DNA of 64,000 nucleotides from Octopus vulgaris. Taxonomy: Eukaryota. Both the position numbers and the translations under genes were made by a program. A model generated the notes under the pieces. It ran no database searches. It was given only the letters and a program-made list of their open reading frames with translations, and was not told the DNA's origin. Numbering within the stretch: position 1 is the first letter of the stretch; every line of letters begins with the position of its first letter. The stretch spans positions 36,146,001-36,210,000 of the forward strand of contig OX597818.1 of the NCBI GenBank assembly GCA_951406725.2. Direction: 5' to 3'. Below, in pieces: positions 24,181 through 37,915 of this stretch.

Positions 24181-24964
24181 TAATCTGAGAGACCACCTTG
24201 TACCTACTAACTCATCTCAAGGAGCTGTTTCGACACCACTAAAATCACCATCAACCGACTCCACAAGAACAACCGCCAACACCACTAACAACAATGCAAA
24301 ACATCACCAAGTGCAATTACAGCATACACCAACAACCCCATCGGTATCATCAACGTCATCAGCGCCACCTACACCATCGTCATTCATTGTCGCCATCAAC
24401 GCCACCATCATCATCACTACCGTCACCATCATCACTATCATCACCTCATCACTACCATCATCATCACAAACAAGAGCAATTCTGTTTTCGTTTCATTTGC
24501 TATTTCTTGAGCATTTTGATCCTCTATGAAATAGCGATGCCTTGTTACTGTGCTGCCGATGCTGTGCCGTTTTGGCATTTCACGTTGACCCAATTCCAAG
24601 AGGAACAAGAGAACACCGTATATTTATAGTCAGGTTGTGAATATTTATACTGAAATGTTAATAATAGTCAAGATTTATTTGTTTTACTGCTGGCATTTCG
24701 TTTCTGCTGAAAATTACTACCGTCGCTAGTGTTATGGCTTCATGAAACTCTCCAAGACAAAGACAAACAAAGAAGCATACACACACATACACACATACAT
24801 ACATACATACATACATACATACATACATACATACATACATACATACATACATACATGCATAAATATATTCATGACTATCAACACACAAACATGTAACCAT
24901 GAACACAGAATCCCATGTATTCAAACGCTTACATGTATATAAACACACTAAATTTTGCAACAGC

Positions 24965-25245
24965 TTATCATCATCATCATCATCATCACCATCATCACCA
25001 TCACCATCATCATCATCATCATCATCACCATCACCATCCTCCTCTTCATCATCATCATCCTCATCTTCATCTTCATCATCATCATCCTTCTCCTCCTCCT
25101 CCTCCTTCTTTTTCTTCTTCTTCTTATTATTATTATTAGTGCCGTTGTTGTTCGTCTTCTGATTACTATCATCAGCATTACTGTTATCATTATTACTATC
25201 ATCATCATCGTTGTTGTTGTTGTTGTTATTATAATTATTATTATC
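24965..25245. repeat. Compound trinucleotide repeat (ATC/TCC/TTC/TTA/TTG)
   Basis: Direct inspection. Confidence 0.95.
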
Positions 25246-25460
25246 TGTAGCTTCCAGATTTGAATAAAGAATTAGATACAAGATTATGTTTTATATATTT
25301 TATCATATTTTTTTCTTTCATGTAATGGAGATGGAGTCGAAGAACCTCGGCATATTGCAGTGTATAGCAGGTGAGAAAGGTTGACGGTGGATCAAAGGCT
25401 TTTCTGCCATCAACCCCGTGTCCTTAAAGTCTCCAGTTGGTACATACTCATACACACACA

Positions 25461-25520
<60 letters not shown>

Positions 25521-25542
25521 TATATAAATATATATATATGTA

Positions 25543-25730
25543 GTTAATCCAAACATGAAAACACAAAGAGAAAACACAACAACGCAAGGACGTGGAACAA
25601 GTATAGTGTTATTGGACGCTCAGGAAAGGAAAGAAAGAAGGGGAATTTAACGTTTCGAGCGGAGATCTTCGTCAGAAACATAGGAAAAGGAAAGATCCAA
25701 GGAAGGGATGACGGAGGAAAAAAATTGCAA
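25543..25730 (-). mobile_element. ~200-bp microsatellite-associated repeat carrying a minimal hammerhead (family C)
   Basis: Minus strand ttt-CTGACGA-agatctccgctc-GAAA-cg-TT-aaa at 25646-25678; homologous to 26440, 37404, 37728, 50660, 54360 copies. Confidence 0.8.
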
Positions 25731-25805
25731 GTATCGCAGTTTATTTGGAATATTTAATTAGAATAAAGTGAGTCAATAAAGGAAAAGTAGAATTAATGTC
25801 TTACA

Positions 25806-25973
25806 ACAGGCGCAGGAGTGGCTGTGTGGTAAGTAGCTTGCTAACCAACCACATGGTTCCGGGTTCAGTCCCACTGCGCAGCATCTTGGGCAAGTGCCTT
25901 CTGCTATAGCCTCGGGCCGACCAAAACCTTGTGAGTGGATTTGGTAGACGGAAACTGAAAGAAGCCTGTCGTG

Positions 25974-26018
<45 letters not shown>

Positions 26019-26230
26019 ATGTTTGTGTGTTTGTGTTTGTCCTTCTAGCATTGCTTGACAACCGATGCTGGTGTGTTTACGTCCCCGTCACTTAGCGGTT
26101 CGGCAAAAGAGACCGATAAAATAAGTACTGGGCTTACAAAGAATAAGTGCCGGGGTCGATTTGCTCGACTAAAGGCAGTGCTCCAGCATGGCCACAGTCA
26201 AATGACTGAAACAAGTAAAAGAGTAAAGAG
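25806..26230 (+). mobile_element. SINE family A, full length
   Basis: Head, internal microsatellite and tail all present. Confidence 0.92.
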
Positions 26231-26439
26231 TAACTGTTTCTGATATATCACAGCTGATGGGTCAACATCTCCATACATTGGCTATTCCGTTATCAGAGAC
26301 AAGGAGAGTATGTAGAGAATTCACAATGTATGCAAGAATATGACAGTTGATAGATAGAAAAAGAATAGAAGAAAACAGTGTGTATATATATGTGTATGTG
26401 TGTGTGTGTATGTGTGTGTGTGTGTGACCGTGTGTGTAT

Positions 26440-26615
26440 CGTTGGCGATTTCCTTCTTCGTCTACTCTTCTTTGGACTTTTTCTATATTTCTGATGAAGT
26501 GCTCCGCTCGAAACGTAGATTCCTCTACTCTTTCCTTTCTTGAGCGTCCAATAACACTGTACTTATTCCACGTCCTCGCGTTGTTGTTTTTCCTTGCTTG
26601 TTCATGTTTGGATTG
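26440..26615 (+). mobile_element. Family C repeat with minimal hammerhead
   Basis: ttt-CTGATGA-agtgctccgctc-GAAA-cg-TA-gat at ~26488-26520. Confidence 0.75.
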
Positions 26616-26814
26616 ACTATATATATATATGTGTGTGTGCGTGTGTGTGTGCGTGTGCGTGTGTGTATCTTCATCTATCTCAGTTTTTGACAATAGATTG
26701 CATTTGACCCCACTGCTCGCTACTGCTTCGGTTTCTGTGGACATTCTAAATGCTACTTTGACCTGCTACTCTTCCTTACCCTCCTGTTATTAGTACTAAT
26801 ATTTGCCTATCATT

Positions 26815-27110
26815 TAAGGTGGTGAGCCGGCAGAATTGTTAGCACGCCGAGCAAAATACTTAACTGTATTTCGCCCTTCTTTACGTTCCGAGTTCAAATG
26901 CTTCCGAAATCGACTTTGCCTTTCATTCTTTCGGGGTCAATAAAATAGGTAACAGTTGATGACTGGAGTCGATGTAAATCTCTTACCCCTTCTCCTAAGC
27001 TTCCAGGCCTTGTGCCAAAATTTGAAAGCAATATTTGCTCATCTCATCTCATCATCTAAGGCAGTAAGCTGGCAGAATTATTAACACGCCGGACACAATG
27101 CTTAGCAGTG
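26815..27110 (+). mobile_element. SINE family B copy plus second head
   Basis: ggtgagccggcagaattgttagcacgccg head, B box, central domain. Confidence 0.8.
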
Positions 27111-27127
27111 TTTCGCGGGGGGGGGGG

Positions 27128-27141
27128 GCACACACACACAA

Positions 27142-27176
<35 letters not shown>

Positions 27177-27341
27177 CGACGAGCTTCTTTCAGTTTCCGT
27201 CTACCAAATCTACTCACAAGGTTTTGGTCGGTCCGTGGCTATAGTAGAAGACACTTGCCCAAGTTGCCACGCAGTGGAACTGAACCCAGAACCATGTAGT
27301 TGGTAAGGAATCTACTTACCACACAGCCACTCCTGCGCCTA
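27128..27341 (-). mobile_element. SINE family A, 5' half
   Basis: Reverse complement of family head. Confidence 0.88.
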
Positions 27342-27734
27342 TAAAAATCTTATCAGCCGCAGAGGGACATCAACCCGCGACCTCAGATTTCCTCACTCGA
27401 CAGTTCTTAAAAGTCTGATGCTCTACCGAGCAAGCATTGCGGGCTGACAAGTACTATTTCTCAATTAAAATTCTTTCCTTAAGTTTCAAATCTCTCATTG
27501 TTTCATTTTATCACGTCATTCATTAAAGTTTCCTACATGAAAGTTACCCTAATATTTTTAACTGCAAATTGTAGGCTGTATTTGATGAAATAATTCGTTC
27601 GATATTTTTCAAATGAAAACATTCCTTTCGGCAATTTTTAGTAATTCAATTTCCCAAAAGATTTTTGTATCTAGTCATTTCCTCCATCTTTATCTACATA
27701 TATATATATGTGCGTGAATGAGTATGTGTATGAG

Positions 27735-27921
27735 GTACAAGAAGGGCTGTGTGGTAAGAAGCTTGCTTCTCAACCACATGGTTCCGGGTTCAGTCCCATT
27801 GCGTCTTCTACTATGGCCTCGGGCCGACCAAAGCTTTGCGAGTGGCTTTGGTAGGCGGAATCTGAAAACCCGCCGTATGTATGTATAGATATATATATAT
27901 ACATACATATACATACACACA

Positions 27922-27982
<61 letters not shown>

Positions 27983-28018
27983 CAATGCACATATACATAC
28001 ATATATATCTATATCTAT

Positions 28019-28088
<70 letters not shown>

Positions 28089-28093
28089 CTCTC

Positions 28094-28145
<52 letters not shown>

Positions 28146-28330
28146 CACACATACATACATACATACATACATATCTAGGTCCCCGTAACTTAGTGGATCG
28201 GCAAAAGCGACCGATAGAATAATACTAGGCTTTAAAAATCCTACCCTGGTGTCGAATTGTTCGACTAAAACCCCTTCAAGGCGGTGTTCCAGTATGGCGG
28301 CAGTCAAATCACCGAAACAAGTAAAAGAAT
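27735..28330 (+). mobile_element. SINE family A with expanded internal microsatellite
   Basis: Head 27735-27875, CA/TATC/CT runs, tail 28180-28330. Confidence 0.8.
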
Positions 28331-28719
28331 AAAAAAATAAAAGATTAACAGCATTATGTGTGTATGAGTATGTGTATAATTATGTATTTGAGTGTGTGTA
28401 TGTGTGTGTGTGTGTGTGTGTATGCGTGCGTATGTGCGTGCGTGTGTGTGAGCGCGTGTACACTTCTGTTTAACACATCTGTGCACTCTCAAACGTGAGG
28501 TGACCTTTATTGTGGACACTGTCTCGGGAGTAGACTTCTCCTTAAAAACAATATGTATGAAAATCACACCGCTGAGCTATGAATGACGCCAATGGACTGT
28601 AGAACGCGTGCATTTCTGCGTCGCTACGCATCAGCTACTACTGATATCGAATCCACCGTTCGTTGTCCACTGTACGCATACACAAACGTATACATACTCA
28701 CAGACACACATAGACATAC

Positions 28720-29305
<586 letters not shown>

Positions 29306-29589
29306 AATTAATTAATAAGGGTGAGAGAATTAGATACTAATTTAATAGTATATTTATTCCACACCAAGTGGCCTAGTGCTACGAGAAACCTGGATTATTA
29401 TAATATTTTATAACATATTATAATATTTTCACAAAATAAATATAAGAGAGTGGTCACTATATTGATCACTCTAGCACCAGTTAATCCAAAAGGTTTCAAC
29501 CACGAAAATACATGTTTCCCATGAAAGCCAGTACGACTGTTAGCTCACACGGACAGGGCAAATAAAAAATAACAAAAATACAGATTATT

Positions 29590-29665
29590 TTGGGTCAATT
29601 GTTTCGCTATTAATGAATTAAATGTAATATTACTTACAATAATCCATTTGTAGCTCGTCAGCCAA
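29590..29665 (-). ncRNA. Hammerhead motif, unit 1 (cleavage triplet GAC, predicted inactive)
   Basis: Same as other units but GAAAcaattgAC. Confidence 0.8.
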
Positions 29666-30122
29666 GACTATCTGGATGAAATCCACTCAATCACACGCCA
29701 GATTTTACCATAACGATAAATATGCGTGTGGTTCAATTGATTACATCCGACGTTATAATTCAAATGCCCCAACCAACAGCGCGCCAAACTCTCACGGAAA
29801 ACAAATACAGCATTTAGAAATAAATGCAGCATAATTATAATTAATTAATAAGGGTGAGAGAATTAGATACTAATTTAATAGTATATTTATTCCACACCAA
29901 GTGGGTTAGTGCTACGAGAAACCTGGATTATTATAATATTTTATAACATATTATAATATTTTCACAAAATAAATATAAGAGAGTGGTCACTATATTGATC
30001 ACTCTAGCACCAGTTAATCCAAAAGGTTTCAACCACGAAAATACATGTTTCCCATGAAAGCCAGTACGACTGTTAGCTCACACGGACAGGGCAAATAAAA
30101 AATAACAAAAATACAGATTATT

Positions 30123-30198
30123 TTGGGACAATTGTTTCGCTATTAATGAATTAAATGTAATATTACTTACAATAATCCATTTGTAGCTCGTCAGCCAA
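30123..30198 (-). ncRNA. Type I hammerhead ribozyme, unit 2
   Basis: ttgg-CTGACGA-gcta...tagc-GAAA-caattg-TC-ccaa. Confidence 0.88.
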
Positions 30199-30655
30199 GA
30201 CTATCTGGATGAAATCCACTCAATCACACGCCAGATTTTACCATAACGATAAATACGCGTGTGGTTCAATTGATTACATCCGACGTTATAATTCAAATGC
30301 CCCAACCAACAGCGCGCCAAACTCTCACGGAAAACAAATACAGCATTTAGAAATAAATGCAGCATAATTATAATTAATTAATAAGGGTGAGAGAATTAGA
30401 TACTAATTTAATAGTATATTTATTCCACACCAAGTGGCCTAGTGCTACGAGAAACCTGGATTATTATAATATTTTATAACATATTATAATATTTTCACAA
30501 AATAAATATAAGAGAGTGGTCACTATATTGATCACTCTAGCACCAGTTAATCCAAAAGGTTTCAACCACGAAAATACATGTTTCCCATGAAAGCCAGTAC
30601 GACTGTTAGCTCACACGGACAGGGCAAATAAAAAATAACAAAAATACAGATTATT

Positions 30656-30731
30656 TTGGGACAATTGTTTCGCTATTAATGAATTAAATGTAATATTACT
30701 TACAATAATCCATTTGTAGCTCGTCAGCCAA
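30656..30731 (-). ncRNA. Type I hammerhead ribozyme, unit 3
   Basis: Identical core to unit 2. Confidence 0.88.
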
Positions 30732-31188
30732 GACTATCTGGATGAAATCCACTCAATCACACGCCAGATTTTACCATAACGATAAATACGCGTGTGGTTC
30801 AATTGATTACATCCGACGTTATAATTCAAATGCCCCAACCAACAGCGCGCCAAACTCTCACGGAAAACAAATACAGCATTTAGAAATAAATGCAGCATAA
30901 TTATAATTAATTAATAAGGGTGAGAGAATTAGATACTAATTTAATAGTATATTTATTCCACACCAAGTGGCCTAGTGCTACGAGAAACCTGGATTATTAT
31001 AATATTTTATAACATATTATAATATTTTCACAAAATAAATATAAGAGAGTGGTCACTATATTGATCACTCTAGCACCAGTTAATCCAAAAGGTTTCAACC
31101 ACGAAAATACATGTTTCCCATGAAAGCCAGTACGACTGTTAGCTCACACGGACAGGGCAAATAAAAAATAACAAAAATACAGATTATT

Positions 31189-31264
31189 TTGGGACAATTG
31201 TTTCGCTATTAATGAATTAAATGTAATATTACTTACAATAATCCATTTGTAGCTCGTCAGCCAA
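31189..31264 (-). ncRNA. Type I hammerhead ribozyme, unit 4
   Basis: Identical core to unit 2. Confidence 0.88.
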
Positions 31265-31870
31265 GACTATCTGGATGAAATCCACTCAATCACACGCCAG
31301 ATTTTACCATAACGATAAATACGCGTGTGGTTCAATTGATTACATCCGACGTTATAATTCAAATGCCCCAACCAACAGCGCGCCAAACTCTCACGGAAAA
31401 CAAATACAGCATTTAGAAATAAATGCAGCATAATTATAATTAATTAATAAGGGTGAGAGAATTAGATACTAATTTAATAGTATATTTATTCCACACCAAG
31501 TGGTTGAAACCTTTTGGATTAACTGGTGCTAGAGTGATCAATATAGTGACCACTCTCTTATATTTATTTTGTGAAAATATTATAATATGTTATAAAATAT
31601 TATAATAATCCAGGTTTCTCGTAGCACTAGGCCACTTGGTGTGGAATAAATATACTATTAAATTAGTATCTAATTCTCTCACCCTTATTAATTAATTATA
31701 ATTATGCTGCATTTATTTCTAAATGCTGTATTTGTTTTCCGTGAGAGTTTGGCGCGCTGTTGGTTGGGGCATTTGAATTATAACGTCGGATGTAATCAAT
31801 TGAACCACACGCGTATTTATCGTTATGGTAAAATCTGGCGTGTGATTGAGTGGATTTCATCCAGATAGTC

Positions 31871-31946
31871 TTGGCTGACGAGCTACAAATGGATTATTGT
31901 AAGTAATATTACATTTAATTCATTAATAGCGAAACAATTGTCCCAA
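31871..31946 (+). ncRNA. Type I hammerhead ribozyme, inverted copy
   Basis: ttgg CTGACGA gcta(caaatggatt attgtaa gtaata ttaca tttaattcatt aa)tagc GAAA caattg TC ccaa; predicted cut after 31942. Confidence 0.9.
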
Positions 31947-32099
31947 AATAATCTGTATTTTTGTTATTTTTTATTTGCCCTGTCCGTGTGAGCTAACAGT
32001 CGTACTGGCTTTCATGGGAAACATGTATTTTCGTGGTTGAAACCTTTTGGATTAACTGGTGCTAGAGTGATCAATATAGTGACCACTCTCTTATATTTA

Positions 32100-32785
32100 T
32101 ATATGTATATGTATATATATATATATGTATATATACATATGTATATATATATGCATATATATATATGTATATGTATATATATATATGTATATATATATGT
32201 ATATGTATATATATATATATGTATATATACATATGTATATATATATGCATATATATATATGTATATGTATATATATATATGTATATATACATATGTATAT
32301 ATATATGCATATATATATATGTATATGTATATATATATGCATATATATATATATATATATATATGTATATGTATATATATATGCATATATATATGTATAT
32401 GTATATGTATATGTATATATATATGCATATATATATGTATATGTATATATATATATGCATATATATATGTATATGTATATGTATATGTATATATATATGC
32501 ATATATATATGTATATGTATATATATATATGTATATATATATGCATATATATATGTATATGTATATATATATGTATATATATATGCATATATATATGTAT
32601 ATGTATATATATATGCATATATATATATGCATATATATATATGTATATATATATATGTGTATATGTATATATATATATGTATATGTGTATATGTATATAT
32701 ATATATGTATATGTGTATATGTATATATATATATGTATATGTGTATATGTATATATATATATGTATATGTATATATATGTATATG

Positions 32786-32837
<52 letters not shown>

Positions 32838-32850
32838 CACACACACACAC
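32100..32850. repeat. Degenerate TA/TATG microsatellite
   Basis: Direct inspection. Confidence 0.97.
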
Positions 32851-33630
32851 AAATTTCTATTGAAATTTTCCTCGCTATATTTGTCATCCAAAAAAAAAAA
32901 AGATGTTTTTAGCTTTCTCATACATTAAATTTCGTTCAATAAATCCCAATAATGCGCCATTTTTTTGTTCAAAATTGTCTTTGAAATTTCATCATTAAAC
33001 AAAGCTATCTACCATTTTTGAAATTATTTTTGTTACGTTTTTTTTCACCTTATTTTATATTTTCTTTCACGTTTTACTGGAAGAAGAGTAAATTATCTTT
33101 TTCTTCATTTACCTTTTTAATTTTTGACTTTCTCCAAATTTATTCTTTAATCTTCACCTAGTCTCTCTTTTTTTTTTTAATCTTGTTTTATTTTTCTCAC
33201 TCATCCCCTCCGTTTTATCCCTCTCTGTCTCAGTCTTTCCATTTATTTCTCATTCTTCGTTGTAAATTCTGCAAATGACGATGGCAGACGAAGGTGTAGT
33301 CGGTAAATTGTGATATTAAATGTCAAAAGTCGTCGTTATATAAGTGATTCGTTCGGAAGAATCAGACCATACAACATAAGGTACAATATCACTATTTTAA
33401 GAGAAAGATATAGAATTGTTTGAATCAACACCAACATTCTTCTTTTATTAAATGTGTCATCCATATCACAAAAATGAATTCTCTCTCTCTCTCTCTCCCC
33501 CGAAAGTCGAAGTCAATCCAGTGCTTGAACTCACAGTAATGAACCCACACTATCAACATATAAAGCATATGTGGTGTGTATGTGTGTGTATATTGGTGTA
33601 TATATGTGTGTATGTATACACACACATACA

Positions 33631-33707
<77 letters not shown>

Positions 33708-34417
33708 GCTCTAGCGTGTGACACTGGTCTCATTTGGGATTAGGAGAATTAATATTGATTTCCTATAAAGGTACAAAACCACAAATTTATAGTACGGAAT
33801 GGATGGGAGAAGTAGAATTGTGTAAAGTTCATGCCTTTATAATAACGGTATTAGTGATGCATCATCATCGTCGTCGACCTTCTTCTTCTTCTTCTAATAC
33901 TTCTTCTTCTGCTAATACTTCCTTCCTCTTCCTCCTCCTACGCCTCCTCCTCATCGTCTTCACAATCCTTGTCTTCATTATCAGCGCGTCGATCTTGCAG
34001 GAATCGTTTAAAAGTCATATGAAATATTGCTGTGATTGAAAGACGTCTATGAACGCCAATTCTAAAGATATTAGCAGGATTTCACTATCGAAGTAAAAGA
34101 AAAAAGAATCCGGTTTATGTCATCAACACGAACTATCTTTTGAGCTTCGCCGTTGATTATTGCTTAATATATTTCTGCACCAGAACTGTATACCTTCTGC
34201 GCTGCTTCCTGAATAATTACTACGAGAAATCAAGAGTGCAATGGAGTAACGTTTGGGTGAAAGTTTGTCTATATTCCATGGAGATGGTTTTGAAATATGC
34301 TATTTATCTTTTCAGTGTATGCTTAAACTCCTGCGTTTAACTAACCTTAAGCCCATGAGAGACAAACATCCGTGCGCTTAAGAAAATAGTGTAACTTAGG
34401 TAATTTCCAAAAAGGTC

Positions 34418-34842
34418 TCTTTTTACTCTTTTACTTGTTTCAGTCATTTGACTGCGGCCATGCTGGAGCACCGCCTTTAGTCGAGCAAATCGACCCCGGG
34501 ACTTATTCTCTGTAAGCCCAGTACTTATTCTATCGGTCTCTTTTGCCGAACCGCTAAGTGACGGGGACGTAAACACACCAGCATCAGTTGTCAAGCAATG
34601 CTAGGGGGACAAACACAGACACACAAACACAGACACACAAACACACACACATATATATATATATATATACATATATACGACAGGCTTCTTTCAGTTTCCG
34701 TCTACCAAATCCACTCACAAGGCTTTGGTCGGCCCGAGGCTATAGTAGAAGACACTTGCCTAAGATGCCACGCAGTGGGACTGAACCCAGAACCATGTGG
34801 TTGGTTAGCAAGCTACTTACCACACAGCCACTCCTGCGCCTA
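34418..34842 (-). mobile_element. SINE family A, full length
   Basis: Reverse complement of family. Confidence 0.92.
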
Positions 34843-34869
34843 TGTAGTATGTATTCCTCACAAATATGT

Positions 34870-35250
34870 TTCTTTATTAGCCACACAGGGCCGAACACAG
34901 ACGGGACAAATTACAAAGTAGAGGTTTTCTTTTTGGAGAGAAAATAAAGGTGAGGTCAGGTTTTCGATCAAAAGGGATCGTAAAAAGGAAAGAGAAAAAA
35001 AAACGATCAAATGTAATGGTGTAAAATGTAAAGGAGGAAGCAGATAAGGTTTATCCGTGGGAAGAAAAGCCTCCGGAAAAGACCACGGTAACCTCGGTCA
35101 ATAATGCCACATGTTAACACATTTTTTTGCAAGTTGGTAACTCTCTGTTTTATATTTTTCCGGGTTCGTAGGATTATGCTCAAGGTGGCTTCGTCATTCA
35201 TACATGTCATCCTTGCTACATTCACCCATCTTTTTTTGAAACATTCGCTA
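34870..35250 (-). mobile_element. 3' fragment of second Tx1-like LINE family
   Basis: ORF 35007..35255 start (CFKKRWVNVARM) resembles the C-terminus of the 2172-5636 LINE (YEERWKDVARK); tail ttgtcccgtctgtgttcggccctgtgtggctaataaag. Confidence 0.75.
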
Positions 35251-35668
35251 GACAAAACTTCCCTCTCTCACTTTCCTCACAAATATATAAAATATATAAC
35301 GTATAATACTTGGAGATTCTATACGCAGTTGCCCGACCTACAAGAAATAGCTTCCAAATTTCCCTCAAATATCATTCTATCTTAAAAACAGAGGCAGCAT
35401 TAGTACATGCAGTGCTATGTACAATATAGCTGCCAAAAAAATGAGTCAAGTCTCCTAGATCAAGGATGGCGCTAACATCATCAACAAGACCAATAAGTTG
35501 CATTGGGACATAATTATGTGTATATTCTCTTCCTGCACTCGAGAAAATGAGGGTGCCCCTGCGCAGCCATCAGATCTAGGAAAACAATGAAATTTTCCTC
35601 AAAGCCCCTAATCATCTTGAAAAGAAGTAAGATTAGACAACATAATTTTAGATATACTCTCTGTTTTA

Positions 35669-35691
<23 letters not shown>

Positions 35692-35699
<8 letters not shown>

Positions 35700-35872
35700 T
35701 TGTTTCAGTCATTTGACTGTGGCCATGCTGGAGCACCGCCTTTAGTCGAGCAAATCGACCCCAGGACTTATTCTTTGTAAGCCTAGTACTTATTCTGTCG
35801 GTCCCTTTTGCCGAAGCGCTAAGTTACGGGGACGTAAACACACCAGCATCGGTTGTCAAGCGATGTCGAGGA

Positions 35873-35961
<89 letters not shown>

Positions 35962-36110
35962 GACTGGCTTTCAGTTTCCGTCTACCAAATCCACTCACAA
36001 GGCTTTGGTCGGTCCGAGGCTATAGTAGAAGACACTTGCTCAAGATGCCACGCAGTGGGACTGAACCCGGAACCATGTGGTTCGTAAGCAAGCTACTTAC
36101 CACATAGCCA
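35692..36110 (-). mobile_element. SINE family A
   Basis: Family match. Confidence 0.9.
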
Positions 36111-36529
36111 TAGAAAAATAACTAAGGTCACACTTGTAATGGTTTTCTCGATCAGAGCTAATTTTGCTCTAAACAAAAAGTGACAAAAGCTGTCAGTCTC
36201 ACCCTTTAGAAATCTATTATTGTCAAAGAAAGGATTAATTATAAAATTAAAAATGTCTTTTATCTTAAATTTTACCAGTCACCGGTCAGAAAATTAATGA
36301 CAGCAAAGCATTTGGTAATCTCCCTTTAGTACCTTAGCATACTATGCAATCGATTACATGACTGAAATTGACCAATGAGGTCAGCGAAACCGGCCCTATG
36401 AGCCAGAACGAGGTAAGATTAAATGATAACACAAAATATTCTCAAAACGCATTGAATAACATTACATCCTACAAACAATCCAATGTTCCATATATTCGTA
36501 ACAAAACGTAGATTATTTACGAACGTGTT

Positions 36530-36605
36530 GGCGGTTTAGCTTAATTGGTTCAGAGCACCGCGATGCGTAATCATGGAGGTGTGAGTTCGAGTCTCATAGC
36601 CGGCC
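36530..36605 (+). tRNA. tRNA-like sequence / pseudogene (apparent CGT anticodon in a non-canonical arm)
   Basis: GGCGGTT TAGCTTAATTGGTTCAGAGC A-box/D-arm; GTGAG-TTCGAGT-CTCAT T-arm; downstream T runs. Confidence 0.6.
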
Positions 36606-36624
36606 GCCAACACTTTTAATTTTT

Positions 36625-37036
36625 ATAGGCGTATGAGTGGCTGTGTGGTAAGTAGCTTGCTTATCAGCCACATGGATCCGGGTTCATTCCCACTGCGTGG
36701 CACCTTGGGCAAGTGTCTTCTACTATAGCCTCGGGCCGACCAACGCTTTGTGTGCGGATTTGGTAGATGGAAACTGAAAGAAGCCCATCGTATATATGTA
36801 TATATATGTGTATGTGTGTGTATATGTTTGTGTGTCTGTGTTTGTTTCCCCAACATCGCTTGACAACCCGATGGTGGTGTGCTTACGTCCCCGTAACTTA
36901 GCAGTTTGGCAAAAGAGACCGATAGAATAAGTACTATGTTACAAAGAATAAGTCCTGGGGTCGATTTGCTCGACTAAAGGCGGGGCTCCAGCATGGCCAC
37001 AGTCAAATGACTGAAACAAGTAAAAGAGTAAAAGAG
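36625..37036 (+). mobile_element. SINE family A, full length
   Basis: Family match. Confidence 0.92.
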
Positions 37037-37338
37037 AACTAAATACCGCCATATAGCTTAAATTTGTGATAAACAACATCGCTAATAACGTACAAAATCA
37101 ATTCAATCACATACATTACTACTAACACAGCAGCGAAGGAACAAGTTTCCAAACTAAAAAGACCGTTTCGTCATGCGTTCATCTTCGATTACCCTTAAAG
37201 ATTACAAAGCCAACATCTACTTCAAACCCAAGTAAAATTATAATTATTGCTTAAGTAATTAAGGATTTATGAATTATACGTTAAACAGACTGATTTAGCA
37301 TTTAACTATTTAGATAATTAAGTTATTACAAATTGATA

Positions 37339-37379
<41 letters not shown>

Positions 37380-37403
37380 ATATATATATATATATACTTA
37401 TAA

Positions 37404-37915
<512 letters not shown>

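Noticed and set aside
33275-33310. Possible first coding exon ATGACGATGGCAGACGAAGGTGTAGTCG/gtaaat
   Set aside because: Too short, no recognisable homology or partner exons; cannot be supported without RNA data
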